DNA of 64,000 nt, the filler included. It is 10 parts of 10 records of this genome, joined end to end, with 100 filler letters (N's around TTAATTAATTAA, not from the genome) between each part and the next. Parts side by side here need not be neighbours in the genome. Positions count along the whole stretch, not along the records: positions 21,662 to 27,572 come from SRR31147125_162274; positions 27,673 to 36,740 come from SRR31147125_162628; 8 more parts are not named here. One strand, written 5' to 3'. The translations under genes and the position numbers were made by a program. The notes beneath the pieces are model-generated. The model ran no database searches and was not told the origin of the DNA. It saw only the letters and a list, made by a program, of their open reading frames with translations. This document shows, piece by piece, positions 25,832 to 36,840 of the stretch. Position 1 is the first letter of the stretch; each line of letters begins with the position of its first letter.

Positions 25832-27572
25832 TCAGGTTGAGTTTGATCCATATAGAATATTGAGGAGTTCTATCCTGTTCTGAGAATTCGTTTTCCGGTA
25901 GAGATTTCTCAGGTGTGTGGATACTGTTCGTGGTGATATAATCAGTTTCGCTGCAATCTCCTTATCCTGGAGCCCCTTTTTCAGTAGATCTATTACGCGG
26001 ATTTCCGCCTTTGTAATTCCCATTTCATCCCATGATGGACTTGAAGTTTGCCGGGAGTCCAATTGGGTCATCCTGATCAGCCTTTCTGTTCCTGCACTGT
26101 CCTGAAGCGCCTTTAAATAACCGGATTTGCGGTTGCTCAACAGATTCTGGATCTTGACAGTGAGTTCCCTCCCAGAAAAGGGTTTCTGAATGTAATCCAG
26201 AGCGCCGCTTTCCAGAGCTTCAAGCCGCACATCCGAATCAGCAAGAGCAGTCAGGAAGATAAAGGGCAGATCCCTGTACTCCTCTCTGGCAAGGCATTTT
26301 TTCCTGAATGTGAATCCGCTCATTCCGGGCATCATAACATCGCAGATTATCAGGGAAATGTCCCTTGACGGCTGCAGCCAGTCCATAGCATCGAAGCCGC
26401 TTCGGCACCAGTGAAAACTGTACGTATCCTTCAATATATGATGGAGGATCGTTGCCATGTCCGGGTTATCTTCCACCAGTAAGATTGATTCTCCGGACAC
26501 TGCTGTATTTGAGAAGGTCGGTGAGTCCTCGGGCAGATAAATCCCAGAAACGGCTCTTTCTCTCCTGTTATGCTTTTGAGGTATTTGAGGTCGATCCGGT
26601 ATGATCTCCGTCAGGACTGGGATGGTCAGTGAAAAAACAGCTCCTTCTCCGGGATGGCTGTAAGCATCCAGGTCCCAGGAGTGGAGACGTGAAATCTCCC
26701 GAATTAAGGCCAGGCCAATTCCTGCTCCTTCATGATGCCTTTCCCTGTGTTCCTCCGCCTGTGTGAAACGCTGAAATATCCTCTTCTTTTCATTCATGGA
26801 GAAACCGATACCCGAATCTTTCACTGAAAGGATGACATTGGAACAGTCCTGAGATTTCTCAAGGATTATTTCGATCCCGCCCCTGTCCGTGAATTTAATG
26901 GCATTGTTCAGAAGATTCAGCATCACAGTTTCCAGAAGTGTTTCATCAGCTTCAATATCCAGTCTGTTTTGACCGGTCCGATTATCCACTATCAGGAAGA
27001 GGTTCTTATTTTCCGCAAGGGACTCCAGTTCCGCCGCCAGGTCACGGCAGTATGAAATCAGTGATATTCTTCCCGGCCTGAAGGGATGGGTTCCCAGATT
27101 AAGCCGTGAAAAATCCAGGAGCTGATTTATCTGGGTCTGCAGTCTCTCGACATTACGTTGGAGAATGGAGATTACAGGAGCATCTGCAGCTATATTGAGG
27201 CCATAACAACCGTTCTGAATCTCTTCCAGAGGGACGGACAGAAGAGTCAGAGGGGTTCGCAGTTCATGGGATACGTTTGCTATAAAGTTCGTTTTACTCT
27301 TATCCAGTTCCTTCAGTTGTTTCAGGGCCGTTTCAAGTTCTTCAGTTCGTTCCCTGACTTTTTCGTGGAGAGTGTTCCTTTCTTTGAGGATCTCATCCGA
27401 GATAGTCTTCAATGAATCAAGCTGACGGTTGATGAGAGTTCTGGATTCTGCAACCTGAGATTCCATTTTCCTGTACCGTGTTTTCCAGTAGAGATACAGT
27501 GCACTTAATCCTCCTGCAGTAATCAGACTCATTATTCCGATAACAGCGAATGGTGAAAGGTTGCCGGAAATT
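25832..27572 (-). CDS. Hybrid sensor kinase HisKA-HATPase-REC-LuxR HTH (5' truncated)
   Basis: SHELRTPL, NLLNNAIKFT, DSGIG and GAGIGL; receiver LLVEDN...DVMMP...KPF; then ITKAE...KEIAAKLIISPRTVSTHLRNLYRK. Confidence 0.88.
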
Positions 27573-27672
27573 NNNNNNNNNNNNNNNNNNNNNNNNNNNN
27601 NNNNNNNNNNNNNNNNTTAATTAATTAANNNNNNNNNNNNNNNNNNNNNNNNNNNNNNNNNNNNNNNNNNNN
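27573..27672. other. Artificial contig linker
   Basis: N-run, TTAATTAATTAA, N-run. Confidence 0.98.
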
Positions 27673-28366
27673 CCTGGCCGGTTCCCTGGGCTTTTCCGCC
27701 GGGGTGATGATCTACGTCTCCTTCGTTGAAATCTTCGTGAAGGCGAGGGACTCCCTCTCCGCACCTTTCGGGGAGAAGATGGGATACGTCTGGACCACCG
27801 TGGCATTCTTTGCGGGCGTTGCACTGATTGCCTTGATCGACAGGTTGATTCCGACTGCCGAGAATCCGCATGAGTACAAAAACCTTGAAAAGGAAGCCGG
27901 AACAGACAAGGATAGGCGGCTGATGCGCATGGGGCTGTTCTCTGCTCTGGCTATCGCCATCCACAACTTCCCTGAGGGGCTGGCGACTTTCATGGGAGCC
28001 CTGACGGATCCCACGCTTGGTGTCAGTATCGCCGTGGCAATCGCCATACACAATATACCCGAAGGCATCGCGGTATCAGCGCCTATCTATTATGCAACGA
28101 AGAGCAGGAAGAAAGCATTCTGGTTGTCCTTCGCGTCCGGTCTCGCCGAGCCGGTAGGCGCTATCATCGGATATTTCCTTCTGCGCAACCTATTCAATGC
28201 GGCCACTTTCGGACTCATTTTTGCTTCCGTGGCAGGCATCATGGTGTATATCTCGTTGGACGAGCTGTTGCCGACAGCGGAGGAGTACGGTGAGCACCAC
28301 ATCGCTATCGGTGGCTTGATCGCCGGAATGGCGGTGATGGCTCTGAGCCTGTTGATGTTCGCCTGA
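27673..28366 (+). CDS. zupT: ZIP family zinc transporter ZupT (5' truncated)
   Basis: [29 protein letters not shown] and ISLDELLP. Confidence 0.9.
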
Positions 28367-28375
28367 TTCCCGGGA

Positions 28376-30112
28376 TCAGAAGAGTCCGGTCACCCGCCCG
28401 GTTTCAGGATCGATGTCGATGCCCATAAAGGCCGGTTTCGATCCCAGCCCCGGCATCGTGCGGATGTCCCCGGCAAGGGGATAGACGAATCCGGCGCCGG
28501 CTGACAGCCTGGCGTCGGTTACCGGGAACTTAAATCCTTCGGGGGCGTTCTTCAGAGCCGGATCGTGGCTGAGCGAGAGATGGGTCTTGGCCATGCAGAT
28601 CGGCAGGCTGCCGAAGCCTTCATCGTCGTAGCGCTTGAGGGCGTCTCGGGCGGCGGGGGCATAGCTGACCTCCCCGGCACGGTACAGTTTCTCCGCTATC
28701 GTCTCAATCTTGGACTCCAGCGATGCCTCAAGCGGATAGAGGAAGTCGAAGGCGCTTTCTTCGCCGCAGGCCTTCTCCACTGCCCGAGCCAGGTCCGCCG
28801 CCCCGGCGCCTCCTTCCCCATGATGGGTAGTCACTACTGCGTCGAAGGCCCCGGCTCTCCGGGCCGCCTGAACGATCAGATCATGTTCGGCTCCGCTGTC
28901 GGTCGGGAAGGCATTCACCGCCACCACGCAGGGAATGCCGAACAGGGCCACGTTGGCGATATGGCGCCGGAGGTTATCCAGGCCGGACTCCAGTAGGCCG
29001 AGGTTCTCGGAGGCATAGGCGTCGTCCAGGGGATGGCCGGGAACTACCCTCGGGCCGCCGCCGTGCATCTTCAATGCCCGGACCGTCGCCACCAGCACCA
29101 CGGCGTCCGGTATGAGACCCGATATCCGGCATTTAATGTCGAAGAATTTTTCCATGCCGATGTCGGAACCGAAACCCGATTCCGTCACCAGGAAGTCGGC
29201 GTGGGCTGAGGCCACCTTGTCGGCGATAATCGACGAGTTGCCATGGGCGATGTTGGCGAAGGGACCAGCGTGAACGAAAGCTGCCTGCCCCTCCAGGGTC
29301 TGCAGCAGGTTCGGCTTCAGCGCATCCTTCATCAGCACCGTCATGGCTCCGGCGACGCCCAGCTGTTCGGCCGTGACGGCCAGCCCCTTTTTATCCCGGG
29401 CCACCACCATCGCGCCGATTCGCTGGCGCATATCGGCCAGGTCGCAAGCCAGGGCAAGGATAGCCATCAGTTCGCTGGCCACGGCGATGTCGAAGCCCGT
29501 CTGTCTCATCGGGCCGTCGCCCCGTTCTCCAAGGCCGGTGATGACGTTTCGCAGCACCCGGTCGTTGATGTCCATCACCCGGCGCCAGGAGACGGCGTCG
29601 GGATTGATATTCAGCCGTTCGATGCCCTGTTTCGCCAGGAATGCGTCGCTCCAGCGGCCCTCATGGTAGATGCGGGAATCGATGGCGGCAGCACCGAGAT
29701 TGTGAGCCGCCGATACCGCGTGGATATCCCCGGTGAGGTGGAGATTGAACTCCTCCATCGGCACTACCTGACTGTAGCCGCCGCCTGCGGCGCCGCCCTT
29801 GATGCCGAAGGTGGGGCCCATGGACGGCTGCCGGATGGCGCAGGCCGCCTTGTGACCGAGATGCCCCAGGCCCTGGGTGAGGCCGACCGTAGTGGTTGTT
29901 TTTCCTTCACCCAGGGGCGTTGGTGTGATGGCCGTCACGTCGATGTAGCGTGCCCGGGTCTTAGCTGCCGACAGTTTCGTCGGATCGACCTTGGCGATGG
30001 TCTCTCCATAGGGGATGACTGCTCTGTCGGGGATATCAGATTCGGAAGCGATCTCCCGGATCGGGCGGACAGCGGCGGACTGGGCGATATCGAGGTCGCT
30101 GGAATGGGACAT
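28376..30112 (-). CDS. fhs: Formate-tetrahydrofolate ligase
   Basis: [43 protein letters not shown] and TMPGL. GGAGG RBS before the ATG at 30112. Confidence 0.95.
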   Translation of the reverse strand: MSHSSDLDIAQSAAVRPIREIASESDIPDRAVIPYGETIAKVDPTKLSAAKTRARYIDVTAITPTPLGEGKTTTTVGLTQGLGHLGHKAACAIRQPSMGPTFGIKGGAAGGGYSQVVPMEEFNLHLTGDIHAVSAAHNLGAAAIDSRIYHEGRWSDAFLAKQGIERLNINPDAVSWRRVMDINDRVLRNVITGLGERGDGPMRQTGFDIAVASELMAILALACDLADMRQRIGAMVVARDKKGLAVTAEQLGVAGAMTVLMKDALKPNLLQTLEGQAAFVHAGPFANIAHGNSSIIADKVASAHADFLVTESGFGSDIGMEKFFDIKCRISGLIPDAVVLVATVRALKMHGGGPRVVPGHPLDDAYASENLGLLESGLDNLRRHIANVALFGIPCVVAVNAFPTDSGAEHDLIVQAARRAGAFDAVVTTHHGEGGAGAADLARAVEKACGEESAFDFLYPLEASLESKIETIAEKLYRAGEVSYAPAARDALKRYDDEGFGSLPICMAKTHLSLSHDPALKNAPEGFKFPVTDARLSAGAGFVYPLAGDIRTMPGLGSKPAFMGIDIDPETGRVTGLF

Positions 30113-30297
30113 GGCGGGTTCCTCCGGTTTCTGAAAGCCAATCATACATGATTATAATCGACACGAATGTCGGTTTTCCCGGTCCTTGGGGATTCTCTTT
30201 CATCAAAAACCGGAAAAACGTGATTGTCAGCGGGTTCCCTGCCTGGTGATGCATTCGGACGGAGATTTCTTTCTCGGTAACCAGGCTGTTTTCCCCT

Positions 30298-30326
30298 AAA
30301 AAAACCCCGAACCATCCGGCCCGGGG
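30298..30326 (-). terminator. Rho-independent terminator after hydA
   Basis: CCCCGGGCC-GGAT-GGTTCGGGG followed by a T7 run on the minus strand. Confidence 0.6.
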
Positions 30327-30349
30327 CAAGAAATCCTCCGAAGGGAATA

Positions 30350-32128
30350 TCAGCTCTGGACTTTCTCCCTCCTGTGATAGTGTGTATGCAGCAACTCATG
30401 ACTCTTGTGTCCCAGCGGTTCCTTCAGGAACTCCGTATACAGCTGCTCTACCGCAGGATTCTCATGGGACTTTCGCATGGGCTTGCCTTCGTCTTCGGCG
30501 AAAATGGCGCCGATCCGGGCCTTCCGCTTCTCGTCGTCGGTGAAGCGGGGCTGGCCGCCGCCGCCGATGCAGCCGCCGGGGCAGGTCATGATTTCCACGA
30601 AGTGGAGCACCTCCTCGCCGCTGTCGATTTTCTTCAGCAGTTCGCCGGCATGGCCCAGGGAATGGGCGACGGCGAAGCGGGCGGTGACTCCTTCCAGGAA
30701 ATCCCATTCGGGCTTGCACCCGGTGATGGTCACCTCGGCTATCTTCACTCCTTCCAGAGTTGTCAGCGGTTTCACATGGAGGTTGTCCATCGGCAGGGGA
30801 GTGCCGGTGATGATTTCCCAGACCGTCCGCAGGGCCGCCTCCATGACACCGCCGGTGTTAGCGAAGATGTCCGCCGCTCCGGTGGAGATGCCCAGTGGTG
30901 CATCCATTTCGCTGTCGGCCAGATCAGGGAGGTTCAGGCCCGCCCGCTTGATGAGCTGACCCAGCTCCCGGGTGGTGAGCACGTAGTCCACGTCCTGGTA
31001 GCCGCTGGAGTTCATTTCCGGCCGGGCGCATTCGAATTTCTTGGCGGTACAGGGCATCACGGATACCACCACCATGTCCTTCGGATCCACCTCTGCTTTG
31101 CCGGCGTAGTAGGTTTTCGCCAGAGCACCGAACATCTGCTGGGGACTCTTGCAGGTGGAGAGGTTGTCCAGGTAGTCCGGCCAGTAATACTCGGCGTACT
31201 GGATCCATCCCGGGGAGCAACTGGTGAACATCGGCAGGGCGGCTTTGCCACCGTCTTTCACCACGGTTCGCAGTCGTGTCAACAGTTCGGTTCCTTCCTC
31301 AATAATGGTGAGGTCGGCGGTGAAATTGGTGTCGAACACGCCATCGAAGCCCAGACGCCGGAGAGCCGTAGCCATTTTCCCGGTGACCAGGGAGCCCGGG
31401 GGCATGTCGAACTCTTCGCCGAGGGCGGCCCGGATGGCCGGAGCGGTCTGGACCACCACATGTTTCGTCTCGTCGTCCAGCGCAGCTTCCACCTCTTCCA
31501 CATGGGAGCGTTCGGTAATGGCCCCGGTGGGGCAGACTGCGGCGCACTGGCCGCACTGCACGCAGGAAATACCGTCCAGATCATGGGTGAACGCCGGTCC
31601 GATCACTGTATCGTAGCCCCGGCCCTGAGGCGCCAGCGCGCCGATAGACTGGATAGCCGTACAGGCGGTTACGCAGCGCCGGCATTTGATGCATTTGGAA
31701 GAATCCCGGATGAGGGCGGCGGTACTCTCGTCTCTGCCACCGGCACCGGGTTCGCCGTCGTAACGGATTTCCCTGATTCCCAGATCCCGGGCCAGATCCT
31801 GGAGCTCGCAGTCGCCGGATCGCTCGCAGGTCTGGCAATCCGCATCATGTTCGGACAAAAGGAGCTCCACCACAGTGCGCCGGGCGTTCCGGGCGCGCTT
31901 TGAGTTTGTGAGGACTTCCATTCCCTCCCGAACCGGCATGGAGCAGGCTGCGGCCAGGGCGGCCGCCCCCGTCACTTCCACTGTGCAGACCCGGCAGGCC
32001 CCGAGGGGATCCTTGCCTTCCAGCCAGCACATGGTGGGAATGTGGATTCCCGCGGCCTTCGCGGCCGTCAGGATGGTATCGCCGGTCTTGGCTTCAATGT
32101 CCATTCCGTCAATGGTGAGTTTAACCAT
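30350..32128 (-). CDS. hydA: [FeFe]-hydrogenase catalytic subunit (group A, HydA/HndD-like)
   Basis: H-cluster motifs FTSCSPGW, MPCTAKKFE and EIMTCPGGCIGGGGQP. N-terminal 2Fe-2S, His-ligated (HDADCQTC) and 2x4Fe-4S domains. Confidence 0.93.
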   Translation of the reverse strand: MVKLTIDGMDIEAKTGDTILTAAKAAGIHIPTMCWLEGKDPLGACRVCTVEVTGAAALAAACSMPVREGMEVLTNSKRARNARRTVVELLLSEHDADCQTCERSGDCELQDLARDLGIREIRYDGEPGAGGRDESTAALIRDSSKCIKCRRCVTACTAIQSIGALAPQGRGYDTVIGPAFTHDLDGISCVQCGQCAAVCPTGAITERSHVEEVEAALDDETKHVVVQTAPAIRAALGEEFDMPPGSLVTGKMATALRRLGFDGVFDTNFTADLTIIEEGTELLTRLRTVVKDGGKAALPMFTSCSPGWIQYAEYYWPDYLDNLSTCKSPQQMFGALAKTYYAGKAEVDPKDMVVVSVMPCTAKKFECARPEMNSSGYQDVDYVLTTRELGQLIKRAGLNLPDLADSEMDAPLGISTGAADIFANTGGVMEAALRTVWEIITGTPLPMDNLHVKPLTTLEGVKIAEVTITGCKPEWDFLEGVTARFAVAHSLGHAGELLKKIDSGEEVLHFVEIMTCPGGCIGGGGQPRFTDDEKRKARIGAIFAEDEGKPMRKSHENPAVEQLYTEFLKEPLGHKSHELLHTHYHRREKVQS

Positions 32129-35100
32129 GGTTCTCCTCCTTCATCCGGACCTTCTTCCCGTAGTCGCAGCGCAGGCATCGTCGGGCCTGCCTGTGGGCCA
32201 CCGACTCGGACCAGGGCTGTTCCACTTCATCGAAATTGTGCCGCCGCCGGTCGTGGGGCAGCACCCGCATCTTCTCCCTCGGATAGGGTGTGGGATCCGC
32301 ATCCGGGTCGTAGCTGGTGGTATTCTCCTGTTCCCATCGCCAGAAGGCCCGGTCCTCTCCGCCGAAGAAGGTCATATCGATGGCCACCGCGGCCCGTTCG
32401 CCGGCGGCGATGGCGTCCACCACCGAAGACGGACCATCCACTGCGTCGCCGCCCGCCCAGACGCCCTCCATACTGGTTTCGCCGGAAGCCGGATCGGCTT
32501 TGACAGATTTCTTCGAGTTGAGCTCAGGAGCCTGGTGACTGAAGACTCCCTGCACGTCCAGTCTCTGACCCACGGCCAGAATCACCTGATCGGCTGGCAG
32601 GACTACCGGCTTGTCCCGGTCGTCGGCTGTGGGAGCCCGGCGGCCGGAGCGGTCGAATTCTCCCAGGTGCATCGGCAGGCAAATGAGGGACTGCACGTTG
32701 CCACTCGCGTCCTTCTCCACTTCAATCGGCTGGAGCAGGGAACGGAGAACCACGCCCTCGTGAAGAGCCTCTTCTACTTCCTCGATGTAGGCCGGCATCT
32801 CTTCCCGGCTCCGGCGATACACCACCGTTACCGTATCGGCGCCCAGCCTCAAGGCGGTTCGAGCGGCGTCGATGGCCGCGTTGCCGCCGCCGATGATCAC
32901 AACATTGCTGCCCACTTCCACCGAGCCCCGCAGGTTGTAGGTACTCAGGAAGGGCACCGCCTGAACGACACCTCTGGCGTCTTCACCCGGGAGTCCCATG
33001 TGGACGCCGCCGGGGGCTCCGAGTCCCAGGAACACCGCGTCGCTTTCCTCTCTGATTTCCTCCAGGGTGAAGTCCTTGCCTAGGACCTTGTCGCAGAGTA
33101 TTTCTGTACCCATGTTCTCGATCATCCTGATTTCCCGCGCCAGGGTTTCCCGGGGCAAGCGGTAGGCCGGAATCGTCTGGACCAGCATGCCGCCTGGACG
33201 GCTCGCGGCCTCGTAGATGGTCGGCTTGTAGCCCAGCCGGGTCAGGAAGTACGCACAGGAGAGACCTGCGGGCCCGGCGCCTACGATGGTGATCTTCTTC
33301 TTCGCCGCCTCCGCGTCCTCGCGGATCTCGGGCAGCTGAATGGTGACCTCCTGGTCCACCAGGTAGCGCTTAACGCTGCGGACCGCCACTGATTCATCCA
33401 GCGAGGAACGCCGGCAATGGTCTTCGCAGGTGTGGAAGCAAACCCGGGCGCAGACCGATGCGAAGGGATTGCGTTCCCGGTGCAGCCTGAGGGCTTCGGC
33501 GTAGCGGCCTTCGCCCACCAGCGAGACGAAGCCCGGTACGTCCACCGCCGCCGGACAGGCGCTCTGGCAGGGTGCCCGGACCAGTCCCGGACAGACGCCG
33601 GCAGCGCAGTGCTTGTCCCGGATATGCTCTTCGAACTCCTCGCGGAAATGCCGGATGGCCGACAGCACCGGATTGGGGGCCGTCTGTCCCAGACCGCATA
33701 AGGCCGTGTCCTTGATGCTATTGCCCAGTTCTATAAGCTTCTCGATATCGCCTTCTTCACCCTGGCCGCCACCGATACGTTCCAGGATTTCCAGCATTCG
33801 CTTCGTTCCTACCCGGCAGGGTACACATTTGCCGCAGCTTTCCTCCTGGACGAACTCCAGGAAGAACCGGGCGACGTCCACCATACAGGAGTCGTCGTCC
33901 ATGACAATCAGACCGCCGGAACCCATGATGGCGCCCCATTCTTTGAGGGCCTCGTAGTCCATCGGCACCGACAGGCCGGACTTCGGGACACAGCCGCCGG
34001 AAGGTCCGCCCACCTGGGCCGCCTTGAAGGTTTTGCCACCCTTCAGACCGCCGCCGATGTCGTAAATCAATTCGCCGAGTTTCGTGCCGACCGGCACTTC
34101 CACCAGACCGGAATCCTCGATGGCTCCCGCCAGGGCGAACACCTTGGTGCCTTTCGAGTCTTCAGTTCCATGGCGGGCGAAGTGATTGCCGCCGTGTTCG
34201 ATAGCCGGCGCCACGTTGGCATAGGTTTCCACATTGTTCAGCAGCGTTGGCTTACCCCATAAACCGCTCACCGCCGGGAAGGGCGGCCTCGGTCTCGGTT
34301 CTCCGCGCTTGCCTTCTACCGAAGCGATGAGCGCCGTCTCCTCGCCGCAGACGAAGGCGCCGGAGCCCATGCGGATATCCAGATCGAAGTCGAAGCCCGT
34401 ACCCAGGATATCGGTACCCAGCAGCCCGTATTCCCTCGCGGAGTCCAGGGCTTTGGTGAGCCTGGCCACAGCCAGCGGGTATTCGGCGCGGACATACACG
34501 TAACCCATGGAAGCCCCCACCGCGTAGGCTGCGATGGTCATCCCTTCAATCAGTGAATGGGGATCGCCTTCCAGGACGCTGCGGTCCATGAATGCCCCGG
34601 GATCGCCTTCATCGGCGTTGCATAACACATATTTCTGGTCGCCTTCGGCATCTTTGGTGAACTGCCATTTGCGCCATGTGGGGAAGCCCGCGCCGCCCCG
34701 GCCTTTCAGTCCGGCATCCTTCATCTCCGAGATGATCATGTCCGGGCCCTGTTCAAAGGCCTTGGCCAGCGCCGAATAGCCGCCCCGGGCGATGGAGTCC
34801 AGGATGTCCAGGGGATCCACCTTGCCGCAGCGCCGGAGTACCACTTTCTCCTGCAGGCGGAAGAAGTCCGACTTGTCTTCCGTTGGAGCCGGTTTACCGC
34901 CATGGCGGTTGGTATGAAGGAGCTCCTCCACAGGCTTGCCGCCCACCAGGTGCTCTTTCACGATGCGATGGGCATCCTCCGCCGTGAGACCCTCATAGAT
35001 GATGCCTTCGGGATCCACCATCATCACCGGACCCCGGGAACAGGGTCCCAGACAACCGGTTTCCTTAATAGGAATCTTGTTGTAGATTCCTTCGTCCACC

Positions 35101-35252
35101 AGGGCCCGTTCCAGCGCAGCCTTCAGTTCCGGTTCTCCCGATGCCAGGCAACCGCCTCCGGCGCAGAGCCGGATCTTGCGGCCGTTGACGATATAGTCGC
35201 TCTCCAGACTTTTCTTCAGTTCCTCAAGGGCTTTCGCATTCTCTATCCTCAT
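32121..35252 (-). CDS. hydB: HydB/NuoF-like flavin subunit fused to a GltD-like FAD/NADP(H) oxidoreductase
   Basis: Trx-like 2Fe-2S, GRGGAGFP, NADEGDPGAFMDR, GGPSGG and ESCGKCVPC. Then PCQSACP, CARVC..C..HC, GAGPAGL, GGGNAAIDAAR and YRRS. Confidence 0.88.
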   Translation of the reverse strand: MRIENAKALEELKKSLESDYIVNGRKIRLCAGGGCLASGEPELKAALERALVDEGIYNKIPIKETGCLGPCSRGPVMMVDPEGIIYEGLTAEDAHRIVKEHLVGGKPVEELLHTNRHGGKPAPTEDKSDFFRLQEKVVLRRCGKVDPLDILDSIARGGYSALAKAFEQGPDMIISEMKDAGLKGRGGAGFPTWRKWQFTKDAEGDQKYVLCNADEGDPGAFMDRSVLEGDPHSLIEGMTIAAYAVGASMGYVYVRAEYPLAVARLTKALDSAREYGLLGTDILGTGFDFDLDIRMGSGAFVCGEETALIASVEGKRGEPRPRPPFPAVSGLWGKPTLLNNVETYANVAPAIEHGGNHFARHGTEDSKGTKVFALAGAIEDSGLVEVPVGTKLGELIYDIGGGLKGGKTFKAAQVGGPSGGCVPKSGLSVPMDYEALKEWGAIMGSGGLIVMDDDSCMVDVARFFLEFVQEESCGKCVPCRVGTKRMLEILERIGGGQGEEGDIEKLIELGNSIKDTALCGLGQTAPNPVLSAIRHFREEFEEHIRDKHCAAGVCPGLVRAPCQSACPAAVDVPGFVSLVGEGRYAEALRLHRERNPFASVCARVCFHTCEDHCRRSSLDESVAVRSVKRYLVDQEVTIQLPEIREDAEAAKKKITIVGAGPAGLSCAYFLTRLGYKPTIYEAASRPGGMLVQTIPAYRLPRETLAREIRMIENMGTEILCDKVLGKDFTLEEIREESDAVFLGLGAPGGVHMGLPGEDARGVVQAVPFLSTYNLRGSVEVGSNVVIIGGGNAAIDAARTALRLGADTVTVVYRRSREEMPAYIEEVEEALHEGVVLRSLLQPIEVEKDASGNVQSLICLPMHLGEFDRSGRRAPTADDRDKPVVLPADQVILAVGQRLDVQGVFSHQAPELNSKKSVKADPASGETSMEGVWAGGDAVDGPSSVVDAIAAGERAAVAIDMTFFGGEDRAFWRWEQENTTSYDPDADPTPYPREKMRVLPHDRRRHNFDEVEQPWSESVAHRQARRCLRCDYGKKVRMKEENHG

Positions 35253-35788
35253 GCTGCGCCTCCTTCACCGGATCGGTCGGCAGCGGCTGCCGCCTCGGCG
35301 GCATAGGGGGCCAGAATTTCCTTGATCTTCGATGGTTTCACCCGCTGGTGGGTATCATCATCCACCATTACCACGGGAGCCAGGCCGCAGGCACCGAAAC
35401 AGCGTCCCACTTCCAGGGAGAACACCCGGTCTTCGGTTGTCTCACCCACATCAATACCCAGTGTATTCTTCAGTGAGGAGAGGACATCCTGACCACCCCG
35501 GACGTAGCAGGCCGTGCCCATACAGACCCGGACGATATGACGCCCTCGAGGGACGGTGGAGAACCAGGAATAGAAAGAGACTACTCCGGTCACCTGGCTC
35601 AAAGGGATATCGAGTTTCTCCGAAACATGCACCATCACTTCCTCGGGCAGATAGCCCAGGAGGTTCTGTGCGGACTGCAGGACAGGAATGAGGGCACCGT
35701 TCTTCCCGGACCAGTCGTCGATAATTCCGTCCAGTATCTTCAAGGCCTGTTCTACGGTGAGTTCTTCATGGGTTTCCGTGATACTCAT
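35249..35788 (-). CDS. hydC: HydC/NuoE-like 2Fe-2S subunit
   Basis: LIPVLQ, VCMGTACYVRG and CFGACGLAP. Strong RBS. Confidence 0.9.
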   Translation of the reverse strand: MSITETHEELTVEQALKILDGIIDDWSGKNGALIPVLQSAQNLLGYLPEEVMVHVSEKLDIPLSQVTGVVSFYSWFSTVPRGRHIVRVCMGTACYVRGGQDVLSSLKNTLGIDVGETTEDRVFSLEVGRCFGACGLAPVVMVDDDTHQRVKPSKIKEILAPYAAEAAAAADRSGEGGAA

Positions 35789-35957
35789 ACTTCCTCCTTC
35801 GGGGGACACAGCTCACCCGTCACTCCGAAAATCCTGCTGTTCACAGCCGAATCCCATGGAGCGCAGGAAAACGGGTAGTCCTTCGCCGGGTTGATAACCC
35901 CACAGTATTCCCGCCGGAGGCAATCGTCCATTGTTGATCGATTGTTTTTTATCAAAT

Positions 35958-36075
35958 AGTGGGTATTCCTTGGTTATTGGGTGGTAAAGTGGCTATACCA
36001 AAACGACTGTTTGATCAGAAAACTCATTGAAAAAGATATTTAGGGGTGTTAAATTACTTAAGTGGACAGTCCACT
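35958..36075. promoter_or_regulatory. Three AGTGG-N5-CC boxes, candidate GntR operators
   Basis: AGTGGGTATTCC at 35958, AGTGGCTATACCA at 35988 and the palindrome AGTGGACAGTCCACT at 36061-36075. Confidence 0.5.
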
Positions 36076-36740
36076 GGAAGATTCAAAATCAATCTCCGCT
36101 GAAGCACCGGGGCTTGCCGAGCGTTTATACCGCCGGCTGCTTGATTCTCTGAAGGATGCGTACAGTCCCGGGGACAAATTCCCCTCTGAACGGGACGTCG
36201 CCCGGCGTTTCGGGGTCAGCCGACCCACCGCATCCCGGGCCTTGGCCCGGTTGATGGACGAAGGGCTCATCGAGTCCCGCCGGGGATCCGGCCGCTATGT
36301 GAAGCGTCCGCCCCTGGACTACGACCTTTCATCCCTTGTGAGCTTCACCGCCCGTTGCAGGGCCGAAGGGGTGGTGCCTACCACCGAAGTCCTGGATTTC
36401 ACCTTTCCGGGATTCGGGGAGCTGCCTGATGAAGTGGTGCAGCAACTGCAGCTTCTGCCCGGGGAAGGCGCCTATTCCTTCACCCGCCGCCGGGCCGCCG
36501 ACGGCCGGCCGGTGATTCTGGAACGGCGATGGCTGGCCGCCCGGTTCTGCCCCGGCCTGTCCAAGGCTGATGTGGCCGGATCCCTCTACGACCTACTACA
36601 TCAGCGCTACGGTTTGTTCCCCGCCGGGGCCCGTCAGATCATCCGTGCCGTGCTGCTCCAGGGCAAGGAACGGGCCCTGTTCTGGGAAGACGAGGCCGGC
36701 GCCGCCTTCGAAACCATCGGTACCGGCTACCTGGAAGGGG
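36062..36740 (+). CDS. GntR family (HutC subfamily, UTRA domain) regulator, 3' truncated
   Basis: GDKFPSERDVARRFGVSRPT, GSGRYV, LVSFT and SLYDLL. Confidence 0.88.
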
Positions 36741-36840
36741 NNNNNNNNNNNNNNNNNNNNNNNNNNNNNNNNNNNNNNNNNNNNTTAATTAATTAANNNN
36801 NNNNNNNNNNNNNNNNNNNNNNNNNNNNNNNNNNNNNNNN
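36741..36840. other. Artificial contig linker
   Basis: N-run, TTAATTAATTAA, N-run. Confidence 0.98.

Noticed and set aside
30113-30349. THF or ZMP riboswitch upstream of fhs
   Set aside because: No recognisable conserved aptamer sequence by eye; a covariance-model scan would be needed to exclude it fully.
28565-35306. Long plus-strand ORFs (e.g. 29243-30151, 30374-31903, 31875-33083)
   Set aside because: Antisense shadows of GC-rich fhs/hyd genes, with no recognisable motifs.
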